From positions 928,001-992,000 of the forward strand of contig CAXXGI010000003.1 in the NCBI GenBank assembly GCA_963674695.2: a DNA stretch of 64,000 bases, given 5' to 3'. A model generated the notes under the pieces. It ran no database searches. It saw nothing but the letters and a program-made list of their open reading frames with translations, and was not told the DNA's origin. The stretch is from a bacterium (GTDB lineage: Bacteria; UBA10199; 2-02-FULL-44-16; JAAZCA01). Position numbers and translations under genes: made by a program. This document shows, piece after piece, positions 34,008 through 43,466 of the stretch. Every line of letters begins with the position of its first letter. Position 1 is the stretch's first letter.

Positions 34008-34445
34008 CTATTCACTGTTTTTGTCCGCACCGGAACTCGCCTGCATATACATCATGCGCAGATCGAAGAGGATATGCTCGAGCAGTCGATCCTCCTCCGG
34101 CGTTCGATTTCCCTTGGTCTTATCCTGCATCATCCCCAGAATATCGATCGTCTGACGGGCAAGCCCCAGATCTTTTTCCTGCGCCCCCGTCGCGGGGTTG
34201 GGAACGGCACCCAGGTGAACCTGCGTGGAGCTGGCCAACGACAGGACGAAAGTGGCAAAATCGATTGGCACCGGCGCGGAATCGGCCGGTTCTTGGCTCG
34301 GCGCCTCTGCTGCCGACGGCTCCTGCTCAGCGCGAGCCTCCTTCGGCTCCGGCGCCTCCGGACGCTCCTCGCCTTCAGCGGTAAAGCGCCGCTTATCCGT
34401 CACCTTCAGTTCCGCTTCATCCCCATCGTGTTTCACATCGCTCAT
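34008..34445 (-). CDS. DUF1844-family protein
   Basis: KVTDKRRF, IDFATFVLSLAS..LG.VPNP, ARQTIDIL..KTKGN. Confidence 0.85.
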   Translation of the reverse strand: MSDVKHDGDEAELKVTDKRRFTAEGEERPEAPEPKEARAEQEPSAAEAPSQEPADSAPVPIDFATFVLSLASSTQVHLGAVPNPATGAQEKDLGLARQTIDILGMMQDKTKGNRTPEEDRLLEHILFDLRMMYMQASSGADKNSE

Positions 34446-34685
34446 GATGACCTCCTGGATCAAGTCCTGTGCACTACCCGCGTGCATGCGCCTTGTCAAG
34501 ACACCTAACCCATTGAAATCTGGCTGTCATTTTCCGCATCCGCCACAGCCTCCCGACGTTGCCGCAAAAGACGGCACTCCTGCACATCACTCTTGGGCAC
34601 CTCTAACAACTCAATATGCGCCGCCGCGAGGGGGGCCCTCTTTTCATTTGCGCTTTCACCCCCCATCCCCTAGTATCCGCGCCCG

Positions 34686-35459
34686 ATGAAAAACTTCAAA
34701 TTCCCCATTGTTTTCAGCATGATCGCAGCGCTCCTTTTCTTTGCCGGATGTGCATCGAAGATGCCCGATATCGGCACCGGAAAGCCGGACAAGGAGCTGG
34801 AACAGTGTCTGCGCCTGTTTGCCAAACACAAATACGACGACTCCGTACAGTGTCTCGAGATCTTCAAGTCACGCTATCCTGATTCGCGTCTCTCCGAAGA
34901 GGCAGAGCTCCTCATCGGCGACTCCTACTTCGCGAAGAAGGAATACCTCCTCGCAGCGGAATCCTATGCCGTCTTCCTTCGCCTGCATCCGCTGCACGCC
35001 AAAGCGGCCTACGCCCATTACCGCATCGGCATCTCGTATTTCCGGGAAGCGCCGAAGGCCTACGACCGTGATCAGAGCTATGTGTTCGAAGCGATCGACC
35101 ACCTGCGCACCGCCATCCGTCGTTACCCCCGCAGCGAATACACGGGGCTGTCAAAAGCGGCGCTGCGCGAAGCGCGGCTGCGCATCGCTGAACTCAACTT
35201 CTATATCGGCCGTTTCTATTACCGCACGGGCCAGTACATCTCCTGCATCCCCCGTTTCTGGACCGTAGCCGAAGAGTTTCCCGACTCCGGCATCGGTGAT
35301 AAAGCGCTCTACATGATCGTTCGCGCCAGCATCAAGCTCGACCGTATTGAATCGGCAAAGGACGCCTTTACCCAACTCGCCTCACGCTATCCCTCAAGCA
35401 AATTCGTCAAGGAAGCGGAGAAGAAGGTCCTGAAAGCCACCCGCAAAGAGATGTCTTAA
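34686..35459 (+). CDS. bamD: Outer membrane assembly lipoprotein BamD
   Basis: FFAGC lipobox; TPRs with RYP.S, LHP.H, DRDQ, IGRFY motifs. Confidence 0.88.
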   Translation: MKNFKFPIVFSMIAALLFFAGCASKMPDIGTGKPDKELEQCLRLFAKHKYDDSVQCLEIFKSRYPDSRLSEEAELLIGDSYFAKKEYLLAAESYAVFLRLHPLHAKAAYAHYRIGISYFREAPKAYDRDQSYVFEAIDHLRTAIRRYPRSEYTGLSKAALREARLRIAELNFYIGRFYYRTGQYISCIPRFWTVAEEFPDSGIGDKALYMIVRASIKLDRIESAKDAFTQLASRYPSSKFVKEAEKKVLKATRKEMS

Positions 35460-35485
35460 CGCCTGCGTAAAAAGGGGGATGCTTC

Positions 35486-36313
35486 GTGGATTCCGTAAAA
35501 AAACTGCTGGCGACGGGAAAACAACACTTCGACAACAAGCAGTACAAGCAGGCAGAGCACATCTTTCGCCGCGTCCTGGATGAAGATACGCGCTATGCCG
35601 ATGTCTACAACATGATGGGGGTCATCGCGCACGTCGACGGGCGCTTTGCCACCGCGATCGAATGTTTTCAGCAGGCGCTCGACATCAATCCCCGATACAC
35701 CGAAGCCCTCCTCAACCTCGCCGTTCTCTACAACGATCTGGGTCAATACGACGAGGCCAAAAAACTCTATGCCCAGCTCAAGCGCGGAGGACGCAAGGGA
35801 CAGACCACCATCGAACCGGTCCTACGCGGAAAGCTCTCCAACCTGCACGCCGATATCGGCGACATCTATCGCTCCATCGGTCTCTATGGACACTCCATTG
35901 AAGAGTACCGCAAAGCGCTCGATCTCAACGCCGCCTACCTCGACATTCGCACGAAGCTCGGCCAGGCGCTGCGCGAGCACGGCAAACCACAGGAATCGCT
36001 CAAGGAGCTTCGCTCGGTGCTGCGGACAAAGGCCTCCTATGCGCCTGCGCTCATCCAGCTGGGCATCACCGCTTACACGCTGGGGCGAGTGGCCGATGCG
36101 CGCAAATCGTGGCAGGCGGTCCTCAAAAAAGATCCCCGCAACGAATATGCCCTGATGTATCTGCGCCTTTGCGAGGTAACGGAGAATACACAACCGAAGA
36201 AAGCGGCAAAAAAACCGACAACGAAAAAGACATCGGTGAAGGCGAAGAAGAAGGTGAAGAAGGCAAGCCCGGCAAAAAAGAAGACGACAGCGAAGACAAA
36301 GAAGAAAAAATGA
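35486..36313 (+). CDS. TPR protein with Lys-rich C-terminal tail
   Basis: YADVYN.MG, ALDINPRYTEA repeats; KKAAKKPTTKK tail. Confidence 0.85.
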   Translation: MDSVKKLLATGKQHFDNKQYKQAEHIFRRVLDEDTRYADVYNMMGVIAHVDGRFATAIECFQQALDINPRYTEALLNLAVLYNDLGQYDEAKKLYAQLKRGGRKGQTTIEPVLRGKLSNLHADIGDIYRSIGLYGHSIEEYRKALDLNAAYLDIRTKLGQALREHGKPQESLKELRSVLRTKASYAPALIQLGITAYTLGRVADARKSWQAVLKKDPRNEYALMYLRLCEVTENTQPKKAAKKPTTKKTSVKAKKKVKKASPAKKKTTAKTKKKK

Positions 36314-36488
36314 GATTGATGACGAACTCCAACGACGCATGTTGGTGTCATTCTGAGCGAAGCGAAGAATCCCCTACAAACATCGTTAATAAGGGATTCT
36401 TCGGCGGAGCCTGCCCTGAGCAACGTCGAAGGGCCTCAGAATGACACCCTAGAAAAAATGCATCAAAAACTGACATTGTCAGCAATCT
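36313..36488. mobile_element. MITE with IS1182-like ends containing a REP doublet (36347-36445) with nested insert
   Basis: Ends agattgatgacgaa / ttgtcagcaatct; gtcattctgagcgaagcgaagaatc..gattcttcg[gcggagcctgccctgagcaacgtcgaaggg]cctcagaatgac. Confidence 0.65.
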
Positions 36489-36513
36489 GAAGATCGCGTT
36501 GAGTGCAACCTCC

Positions 36514-37914
36514 ATGACCGATTACCGCACGGAAAAAGATGCCCTGGGTGAAATTCAGGTCCCCGCTACTGCCCTTTGGGGCGCAGCGACCCAGCGCGCC
36601 ATCGAAAACTTCCCGGTGAGCGGCCGCCGTTTCCCCCACGCCTTCATCGCCATGCTCGCACGCATCAAGGGGGCAGCCGCGGTCGTCAATGGCGAACTGG
36701 GCCTCCTTGAAGCGGGAAAAGCGCAGGCTATCGCGCAGGCCGCCGCGTCCGTCGTCGCGGGAGAACACGACGACCAGTTTCCGATCGACATCTTTCAGAC
36801 GGGGTCGGGCACGTCGACCAATATGAACGCCAACGAGGTCATCGCGAGCCTCGCCAACCGGGAACTCGGCGGAACACTCGGCACCTGGAATCCGGTGCAT
36901 CCGAACGACGACGTCAACCTCGGACAATCGTCAAACGACGTCATCCCCTCCGCACTCCACCTGACCGCTGCCGCTGAGATCAACACCAATCTCTTGCCCG
37001 CACTCACCGAGCTGCATCGCGCGCTCGGAGAAAAGGCGCTCGCCTTCGATCACATCTTCAAGACCGGCCGCACGCACCTGATGGACGCGATGCCCATACG
37101 TCTCGGCCAGGAGTTTGGCGGATGGGCGCGCCAGGTCGAACGCGGATCGGAGCGCATTCGGCGCACGCTTCCCGTCCTCTTCGAACTGGCGCTCGGTGGC
37201 ACCGCGGTCGGCACCGGCTTCGGCAGCGATGCCGAGTTCGCCCCGCGCGTCTGCGAAATCCTCGCCTTTGAAACGGAATTGGCATTCGTGCCGTCGATCA
37301 ACCCCTTCGAAGCACTCCAATCGCACAGTCCCTGTGTGGAGATGAGCGGGGCGCTGACGGCCACGGCTTCGTCGCTGGCCCGCATCGCCGACGATGTGCG
37401 GCTGCTCGCCTCCGGCCCGCGCCTGGGGTTTTCCGAACTGAAACTCCCCGCGCTGCAGCCCGGTTCGTCGATCATGCCGGGAAAGGTCAACCCCGTGATC
37501 CCGGAGATGGTCGTACAGGTCGCCACGCAGGTGATGGGCAACGATACGGCTGTAAAGATCGGCGCCCTCGGGGGACACCTCGAACTCAACACCCAGGTGC
37601 CGGTGATCGCCGCGAATCTGCTCGACTCAATCCACATCCTCGGCAACGCGGCCTCGCTGCTGGCCGAGCGCTGCATCGCCGATATCGAAGCGGATGAGGA
37701 CCGTTGTCAGGAGTCGATCGACATGAGCCTGGCGCTTGTCACCGCGCTGGTCCCCCAGATCGGATATGCGCGAGCCGCTGAAATCGCCAAGAAGGCGGCC
37801 GATACCGAACAGACCATCCGCAGCGCCGCCCAGGGTGTCCTCCCCGACGATGAACTCGACGAACTCCTCGATCCGGCCAACCTCACGTCGCCGAACGGTC
37901 GTAAAACCTCCTAA
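36514..37914 (+). CDS. fumC: Class II fumarate hydratase (fumarase/aspartase family)
   Basis: QTGSGTSTNMNANEV, QSSND, GRTHLMDA, GSSIMPGKVNP. Confidence 0.88.
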   Translation: MTDYRTEKDALGEIQVPATALWGAATQRAIENFPVSGRRFPHAFIAMLARIKGAAAVVNGELGLLEAGKAQAIAQAAASVVAGEHDDQFPIDIFQTGSGTSTNMNANEVIASLANRELGGTLGTWNPVHPNDDVNLGQSSNDVIPSALHLTAAAEINTNLLPALTELHRALGEKALAFDHIFKTGRTHLMDAMPIRLGQEFGGWARQVERGSERIRRTLPVLFELALGGTAVGTGFGSDAEFAPRVCEILAFETELAFVPSINPFEALQSHSPCVEMSGALTATASSLARIADDVRLLASGPRLGFSELKLPALQPGSSIMPGKVNPVIPEMVVQVATQVMGNDTAVKIGALGGHLELNTQVPVIAANLLDSIHILGNAASLLAERCIADIEADEDRCQESIDMSLALVTALVPQIGYARAAEIAKKAADTEQTIRSAAQGVLPDDELDELLDPANLTSPNGRKTS

Positions 37915-37986
37915 CTGCTCGTTATTCCATCTTTTTCCCATTGTCCCCTCCTGTGTGAGCCACAGGAGAAACAATTCCATCTGGAC

Positions 37987-38016
37987 GCAACTTCTGCCCC
38001 CCTTCCAACCGATAAT
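37987..38016 (+). promoter_or_regulatory. Sigma28-like motif GCAAC-N17-CCGATAAT
   Basis: CCGATAA -10 box; a related motif occurs at 60624-60651. Confidence 0.4.
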
Positions 38017-38055
38017 ACCCATAGATATGCAGGATCAAATCGGGGGGCTCAAACT

Positions 38056-39255
38056 ATGCATTGGCGCATCACCGGCATTTTCATCGCTGCAATCCTCATC
38101 GTCACGCTGAACGGCTGTTCCGGCGGAGAGGGAGATATCCTGCTCCAGGCGGTGGACCTCTCCACCGAGAACGAAGCCGACAACGTACAGACATCGCCCA
38201 CCGTCTCCAAACTCGCGGGGGTCTCCGTGGCCGTCGACGATGCCGAAGCCACCGCCCTCATCGCTTATACCTACGATGACCAGGGCCGCCTGGAAGCGGC
38301 CGAGACGCTCGAAGTGCCGGAATCCCTCGCCGACGTCTGGGAGGGAAACCAGGCGATGCAGACCTTCTTCACCTCGATGCTGGAGGCCTACAACACGAAC
38401 CTGACCGGAACGGTGCACTATCGCTATACCGAGGAAGGCGATCTTGCCTCGATCCTGTGGGACACGCAGGCAAAGCACGGATTGAGCTTCGACAGCACCG
38501 ATGGCATTCTCTCGGCCCTGCACGTCTGGACCAACGGCACGGCCCAGAGCGAAACGATCGAGACGCTGAATCTGGATACGTTCATCCACACCCCCACCCA
38601 TGACGTCATCGGCTCGCCGACGGACGACGGCACGATGCATTGGACCTGGGGCGGCGTCGGCGGAACGATCGCCGTCATGGACGAGTCGGCCGACGGGATA
38701 AACCTGTGCTATCCGGTCGACCCCGCGCTCATCCCCGAAATTCCGGGCGGCACGATCACCTCGATCAGGGCGTACAACTGCGTCCAGGGAACGATCGAGC
38801 GAAACGGGGGATTGATCTCCTCCATCGACTATCGCTTCTACACCAAAATCACCTACACGTTCCGGATTCAGGTGGGCATCGTCACACAGTACTTCACGCG
38901 CACCCAGGAGGTCGAAACCGGAACGGCACAGCTGACCTACGCCTACACCCGCGATGACCAGATCGCTCAGATCGTTCTGTCGCTCGCAGGGACGCCGCTG
39001 TCGACATGGAATTATTCTTACGACGAGGAAGGTCGGATCGCCGCGATCGATCGCGACATCAACGGATGTCGCGTACGTTTCGCGTTCGCATACGCCGCCG
39101 TCCCCGGAACAGAAGCCGGGTTGGACATCCAGGACGACATCCTGCACGGCCCCAAGGGACCGCTCGTCTCCCGAATGTTGACAGCGGAACAATACCAGTG
39201 GACGCAGATCATGGGGCTCATCACCAACGGAACCAATCCCTTCTTCATCCGCTAG
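38056..39255 (+). CDS. Hypothetical lipoprotein with YD-like motifs
   Basis: LNGC lipobox; YTYDDQGRL, YRYTEEGDL, YAYTRDDQI, YSYDEEGRI. Confidence 0.7.
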   Translation: MHWRITGIFIAAILIVTLNGCSGGEGDILLQAVDLSTENEADNVQTSPTVSKLAGVSVAVDDAEATALIAYTYDDQGRLEAAETLEVPESLADVWEGNQAMQTFFTSMLEAYNTNLTGTVHYRYTEEGDLASILWDTQAKHGLSFDSTDGILSALHVWTNGTAQSETIETLNLDTFIHTPTHDVIGSPTDDGTMHWTWGGVGGTIAVMDESADGINLCYPVDPALIPEIPGGTITSIRAYNCVQGTIERNGGLISSIDYRFYTKITYTFRIQVGIVTQYFTRTQEVETGTAQLTYAYTRDDQIAQIVLSLAGTPLSTWNYSYDEEGRIAAIDRDINGCRVRFAFAYAAVPGTEAGLDIQDDILHGPKGPLVSRMLTAEQYQWTQIMGLITNGTNPFFIR

Positions 39256-40394
39256 AAACCCTCGACCACCGCGAAGAGACGTTCCAGATCCGATGCATCG
39301 TTGAAGATATTGACCGAGATGCGAATGTTTCCCGCGCGCCAGGCGCAGTGGATCTGCTGCCGCTTGAGTTCGTCCATCACTGCACGCGTCGCATCCCCAA
39401 GGCGGAAGGAGACGATCGCCGAGCGCTCATCCCGATGGGCGCACGGCGTGACGATCTGGGCACCGCGCGTTTGAAGTCCCTCGATCAGCGCATCGGTCAA
39501 CGCGAAGAGACGTTCGCGAATCGCCTCCCATCCGATCGCTTCGAGGTAGTCGAAGGCGACGCCCAAGGCATTCACGGTCTGCAAATTTATCGTCCCGACC
39601 TGATATTGGGCCGCACCCGCCTTTGGCCGAAGCGGCGCATTCTTTGCGGTATGGATAAAATCATCCTCGGGCGGCTCGATGGAGAGCCAACCCCCGATCG
39701 GCGAGGGGAAGCGCTCGCGAAACGCCGGTGTCGAAAAGAAGAGAGAACCGACATGCCCCGCAAACCCCCATTTGAGAAGGCTGCAGGTCATCGCGTCGAT
39801 CCCCATCGCCTGCACATCGACCGGAAAGAACGGAAAACCCTGCGTCGCGTTGACGATAAAACAGACGCCGCGCTGCTTCAATGCGGCGCCCAGCGCCATA
39901 AGGTCCTGTCGAAACCCGGTGGCATACTGCACGAAGGAGTGCACGACCGCAACCGTCTCCCCATCCACCTGATCGAGCACGCGCTCGACGCGATAACGCC
40001 CCTCGATCGGCTCGACATACTTCATCTGAATGCCCTGATACTCGAAGGGGACGGTCGACGCGGGAAATTCATCCATCGTCGAGACGATGGTGAACGGTCG
40101 GTCGCGTCGTTCACGAAACGAGGCCGCGATTAACGACATCGCCGTCGAGGTGTTGGCCACCATGGTGCAGTCATCCGCGTCGGCGTTCATGAGGCGTGCA
40201 AACCGTTCGAGCATCGCGCGATAGGCCTCAACGTCGTTCTCCCAGCATGCATCTCCCACCTCGGTGATCGCGCGATACGCCGCGCAGATCGTGTCACACA
40301 CGACCCGTGGCGGTGGGCTCATGCCGGAGCTCAAAAAGTAGGGCGATGCCATCGCCGCCGGAAAATCCGCTCGCACCCGTTTCCAATCGACCAT
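39252..40394 (-). CDS. Class V PLP aminotransferase (cysteine desulfurase/kynureninase-like)
   Basis: VRADFP, NTSTAM, EFPAS, VNATQ, CSLLKW (PLP Lys), IRIS..FN. Confidence 0.88.
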   Translation of the reverse strand: MVDWKRVRADFPAAMASPYFLSSGMSPPPRVVCDTICAAYRAITEVGDACWENDVEAYRAMLERFARLMNADADDCTMVANTSTAMSLIAASFRERRDRPFTIVSTMDEFPASTVPFEYQGIQMKYVEPIEGRYRVERVLDQVDGETVAVVHSFVQYATGFRQDLMALGAALKQRGVCFIVNATQGFPFFPVDVQAMGIDAMTCSLLKWGFAGHVGSLFFSTPAFRERFPSPIGGWLSIEPPEDDFIHTAKNAPLRPKAGAAQYQVGTINLQTVNALGVAFDYLEAIGWEAIRERLFALTDALIEGLQTRGAQIVTPCAHRDERSAIVSFRLGDATRAVMDELKRQQIHCAWRAGNIRISVNIFNDASDLERLFAVVEGF

Positions 40395-40555
40395 AGAACC
40401 TCCTCGCCCTCCTCTAGCAGGACGCCCACCGGCCATCAAGGCGCAAACACATGACGGCATGATCACCAGTCCCCTTGAGCGCCTCACGAAGCGAGCCGTC
40501 TTGGCATCTCCCTCGCTGCATTGACGCCGTGAAGGAAGCCCTCTATACAGATGGC

Positions 40556-40849
40556 ATGAGCATCTATGAAATCATCATGCTGATCTGTTTCGGCGCCGCC
40601 TGGCCGTTGTCGATCTACAAGACGCTGCGCACAAAGGTGGTGGAGGGCAAGAGCGCCTTGTTCATGATCGTCATCGCCCTCGGCTATATCTGCGGCATCC
40701 TACACAAATGGTTCTATCTGCGTGACGCGGTCATCCTGCTCTACATCGTCAACCTCATGATGGTCCTGGCCGACCTCTCCCTCTACTATTACTATAGCGC
40801 CAAGAACCGAGCGACCACAGACGAACGGAAATACGACTATGTCGAATAG
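40556..40849 (+). CDS. PQ-loop/SemiSWEET-like small membrane protein
   Basis: MLICFGAAWP.SI.K..RTK..GKS, three TM helices. Confidence 0.7.
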   Translation: MSIYEIIMLICFGAAWPLSIYKTLRTKVVEGKSALFMIVIALGYICGILHKWFYLRDAVILLYIVNLMMVLADLSLYYYYSAKNRATTDERKYDYVE

Positions 40850-41087
40850 CAAGGCCATCGATTTGGCGCAGTCATTCGGCGTGGGGTTCATGGCCGGCGT
40901 CATCCCGCTGGTCTCGCTCCTGCTGATCGCCTTCTTCATCTGGCGACTCTCCAAAGGGGGGAGCGTGCGCGATGTCTGGCATCACCTCGTGGGCGATATC
41001 GAGTATCCGACCTGGATCGCCGCCATCGCTGGATTTGCTGCGGGGCTGACCACCATCATCATCCTGGCCGAATGGATCCCGAAGTGA
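40839..41087 (+). CDS. Small membrane protein
   Basis: Two TM helices; overlaps both neighbours, consistent with translational coupling. Confidence 0.6.
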   Translation: MSNSKAIDLAQSFGVGFMAGVIPLVSLLLIAFFIWRLSKGGSVRDVWHHLVGDIEYPTWIAAIAGFAAGLTTIIILAEWIPK

Positions 41088-41731
41088 AACTGCCCGACAC
41101 CGCCACCTGCTTCCTCTGTCAGGATTCAGCCCTCGCCGTGCGCACGCCGCAATCGCCACGCTATTTTCATTGTCCCTGCTGTGGCATGATCTTCCTCTCT
41201 CCCGAAAACCACCTCTCCCCAGAGGGAGAGCGCACACGCTACGAACAACATCAGAACGATCCAAGCGACATCCACTATCGCCAATTTCTCGCACGCCTCG
41301 TCGACCCGCTCCTGGATCATCTCAAACCCGGTGCGCGAGGACTCGACTACGGCAGCGGCCCCGGACCGGCGCTGATCGCGATGCTTCGCGAGCACGGGTG
41401 TGACATGCGCGGCTTCGACCCCTTCTTCGATCCCGACGCATCAGCCCTCGAGACGCGCTACGACTTCATCACCTGCACGGAGGTGATCGAACACTTTCAT
41501 CGTCCGCTGCAGGAGTTCACACGATTGAGCGACCTCCTCCTGCCGAATGGAACCCTCGCGGTGATGACCGAGACGCTTACGGATGACACTGATTTTGCGA
41601 ACTGGCACTACCGCCGCGATCCGACCCATACCTGTTTCTATCACGCCCGCACCTTTGAATGGATCGCCGATCATTTCGGCTACAAGCTCGATCGCCCGCA
41701 CAAGAATGTGGCGTTGTTTGTGAACGGATGA
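41084..41731 (+). CDS. Class I SAM-dependent methyltransferase with N-terminal Zn ribbon
   Basis: CFLC..CPCC; GLDYGSGPGP; YDFITCTEVIEH; WHYRRDPTH. Confidence 0.9.
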   Translation: MKLPDTATCFLCQDSALAVRTPQSPRYFHCPCCGMIFLSPENHLSPEGERTRYEQHQNDPSDIHYRQFLARLVDPLLDHLKPGARGLDYGSGPGPALIAMLREHGCDMRGFDPFFDPDASALETRYDFITCTEVIEHFHRPLQEFTRLSDLLLPNGTLAVMTETLTDDTDFANWHYRRDPTHTCFYHARTFEWIADHFGYKLDRPHKNVALFVNG

Positions 41732-41743
41732 ATCCGAGTTCTT

Positions 41744-41900
41744 GTCATCCCCGCGAACGCAGCCTGCCCGCCGGTTGTGTGGCGGGGGGATCTCGATGAA
41801 CCGCGACAATCGAGATTCCCGCTTTCGCGGGAATGACACTGCCACGTGCGGGAATGACACTGCCACGTGCGGGAATGACACTGCCACGTGCGGGAATGAC
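41744..41900. repeat. REP doublet with nested insert and a 21-bp tandem amplification of its end
   Basis: gcgggaatgacactgccacgt x3 plus gcgggaatgac at 41827-41900. Confidence 0.85.
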
Positions 41901-41912
41901 ACCGCCAATAAC

Positions 41913-41943
41913 AAAAACCCCCAGGATTGCTCCCGGGGGTTTT
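41913..41943. terminator. Bidirectional terminator
   Basis: aaaaacccccagga-ttgc-tcccgggggtttt between convergent genes. Confidence 0.75.
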
Positions 41944-41969
41944 ATTCGTACCGACGTCATCGAGCGATC

Positions 41970-42590
41970 TTATTTCTTGTAGGTCGCTGCGATGTCCTTG
42001 ATGATGATGCTGCGGAAATCACCCTGTACGTCGCCCGCGGTGTAAGGGCTGGTGCTGGTGATCTTGTGATATCCAGGTTTCAGCGATGCACACTGCTGAT
42101 CGGTCAGGCCCAGCTCGGTCTGGAGATCCTTATCCTTCTTGTCCTTGATCTTGTACTCGATGATGTAGTTGTCGCCCTCTTTGTAATAGACATATTCGAT
42201 GTTCAATTTCTTGAGGTGACCCTTCTTGACGTTCACTTTCACTTTGCCCGCTGCGCCTTCCGGCGTCTCGATCTCTTTCTTCTCCATCTTCACATTCTTG
42301 CCCTTCGCCTTCTCTTCCGTATAGGTCGTGTCGCCCTGCTCAACGGTCTTCGACTTGACCTTCGTGCCCGTCGTCTTGTCCTTCGCCTTCACCGTGGTCG
42401 TCGTCTTTTTGTCCGTGGTGACGGTCTTTTCTTTGCCCTTCGACTCCTCTGTATTCCACTTCGCCTTCTCAACGGTCTTGCCGGAAGCGGTCGTCTTCTC
42501 CTTCACTTCCACCTTCTCTTTCGCCATGGCTGTAAATGCAAATCCAGCCGCCACAGCAACTGCCAACACTGCTATCAGAATCTTTTTCAT
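41970..42590 (-). CDS. Secreted Lys/Thr-rich hypothetical protein
   Basis: Signal MKKILIAVLAVAVAAGFAFTAMA; AGGAGGG RBS. Confidence 0.8.
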   Translation of the reverse strand: MKKILIAVLAVAVAAGFAFTAMAKEKVEVKEKTTASGKTVEKAKWNTEESKGKEKTVTTDKKTTTTVKAKDKTTGTKVKSKTVEQGDTTYTEEKAKGKNVKMEKKEIETPEGAAGKVKVNVKKGHLKKLNIEYVYYKEGDNYIIEYKIKDKKDKDLQTELGLTDQQCASLKPGYHKITSTSPYTAGDVQGDFRSIIIKDIAATYKK

Positions 42591-42706
42591 ACCGTTACCC
42601 CTCCTATCGGTTGGTTAATCAATTGAAGCCGTTTGTAGCATACAAGACAGAAATGGCAAGCAAGCAGCCAAAAAACCATAAGAAATATATTATCCGACAA
42701 ATCACT

Positions 42707-42823
42707 GTCATCCCGCCTGCGCGCCCGCCTCTGGAGGGCCCGCTGGTTTTGTGGCGGAACCGAGCAGAGCGAGTGGAGGGATCCCATGAGATCTCTCCAC
42801 TCGCTCCGCTCGGTCGAGATGAC
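42707..42823. repeat. REP doublet with nested insert
   Basis: gtcatcccg[insert]accgagcagagcgagtggagggatc..gatctctccactcgctccgctcggtcgagatgac. Confidence 0.75.
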
Positions 42824-42827
42824 AGTA

Positions 42828-43388
42828 TCAATTAGCCCGTTCCAGGTATTCGCCCGTCTCGGTGTTGATGCGAATACGATCGCCGGCTGCCACAAAGGGC
42901 GGCACCATCACCACGAGCCCCGTCTCGACCGTACACTTCTTGTAGGAACCGGTCGCCGTCTGCTTTTTGAGCGAAGGTTCCGCCTCCACCACCTTGAGAT
43001 CGACGGTCTGGGGAAGATCGAGCCCGACAGGCTGGCCCTCATAGAAGGTCACCTTCACCTTGTCCTCGGGCAGAATAAATTTAATGGCATCGCCGAACAT
43101 CTCGTGATCCATTTCAATCTGCTCGAAGTTTTCCGTGTTCATCAGGTGATAGCGTTCGCCGTCGTCGTAGAGATACTGCATCTCATGCTCTTCGAGAAAG
43201 GCATTGTCGATCTTCTCATCCGAGTTCCAGCGACACGGAATGGAGTTTCCGGCCTTGAGGTTGCGCACCGTCGCCTGGACGTGCGCCTTTCCCTTGCCGG
43301 GCGTGACGTGATCCACCTTGAGGACGCGGCAGAGGCCGCCCTCATGGATGATCATCATTCCCGGACGCAATCTCGTTGCAACAATCAT
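42828..43388 (-). CDS. efp: Elongation factor P
   Basis: HVTPGKGKA, YLY.DG..Y.LMN.ENFEQ, VETG..V.VP.FV..GD.I. Confidence 0.96.
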   Translation of the reverse strand: MIVATRLRPGMMIIHEGGLCRVLKVDHVTPGKGKAHVQATVRNLKAGNSIPCRWNSDEKIDNAFLEEHEMQYLYDDGERYHLMNTENFEQIEMDHEMFGDAIKFILPEDKVKVTFYEGQPVGLDLPQTVDLKVVEAEPSLKKQTATGSYKKCTVETGLVVMVPPFVAAGDRIRINTETGEYLERAN

Positions 43389-43406
43389 GATTCCTCCTTG
43401 AAACTT

Positions 43407-43441
43407 GTGAACCGTGAACGGTAAACCGTAAACCGTGAAAC
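43407..43441. repeat. 7-bp tandem repeat (GTRAACC x5)
   Basis: gtgaacc gtgaacg gtaaacc gtaaacc gtgaaac. Confidence 0.8.
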
Positions 43442-43466
43442 AGAAACACAAGCACAACAGCGCCGC

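Noticed and set aside
41827-41900. Possible CRISPR array (21-bp repeats)
   Set aside because: Units are contiguous and identical with no unique spacers, and no cas genes are present
41742-42626. 294-aa ORF with GNDTATC repeats
   Set aside because: Reads through the REP/21-bp repeat and is antisense to the secreted protein gene
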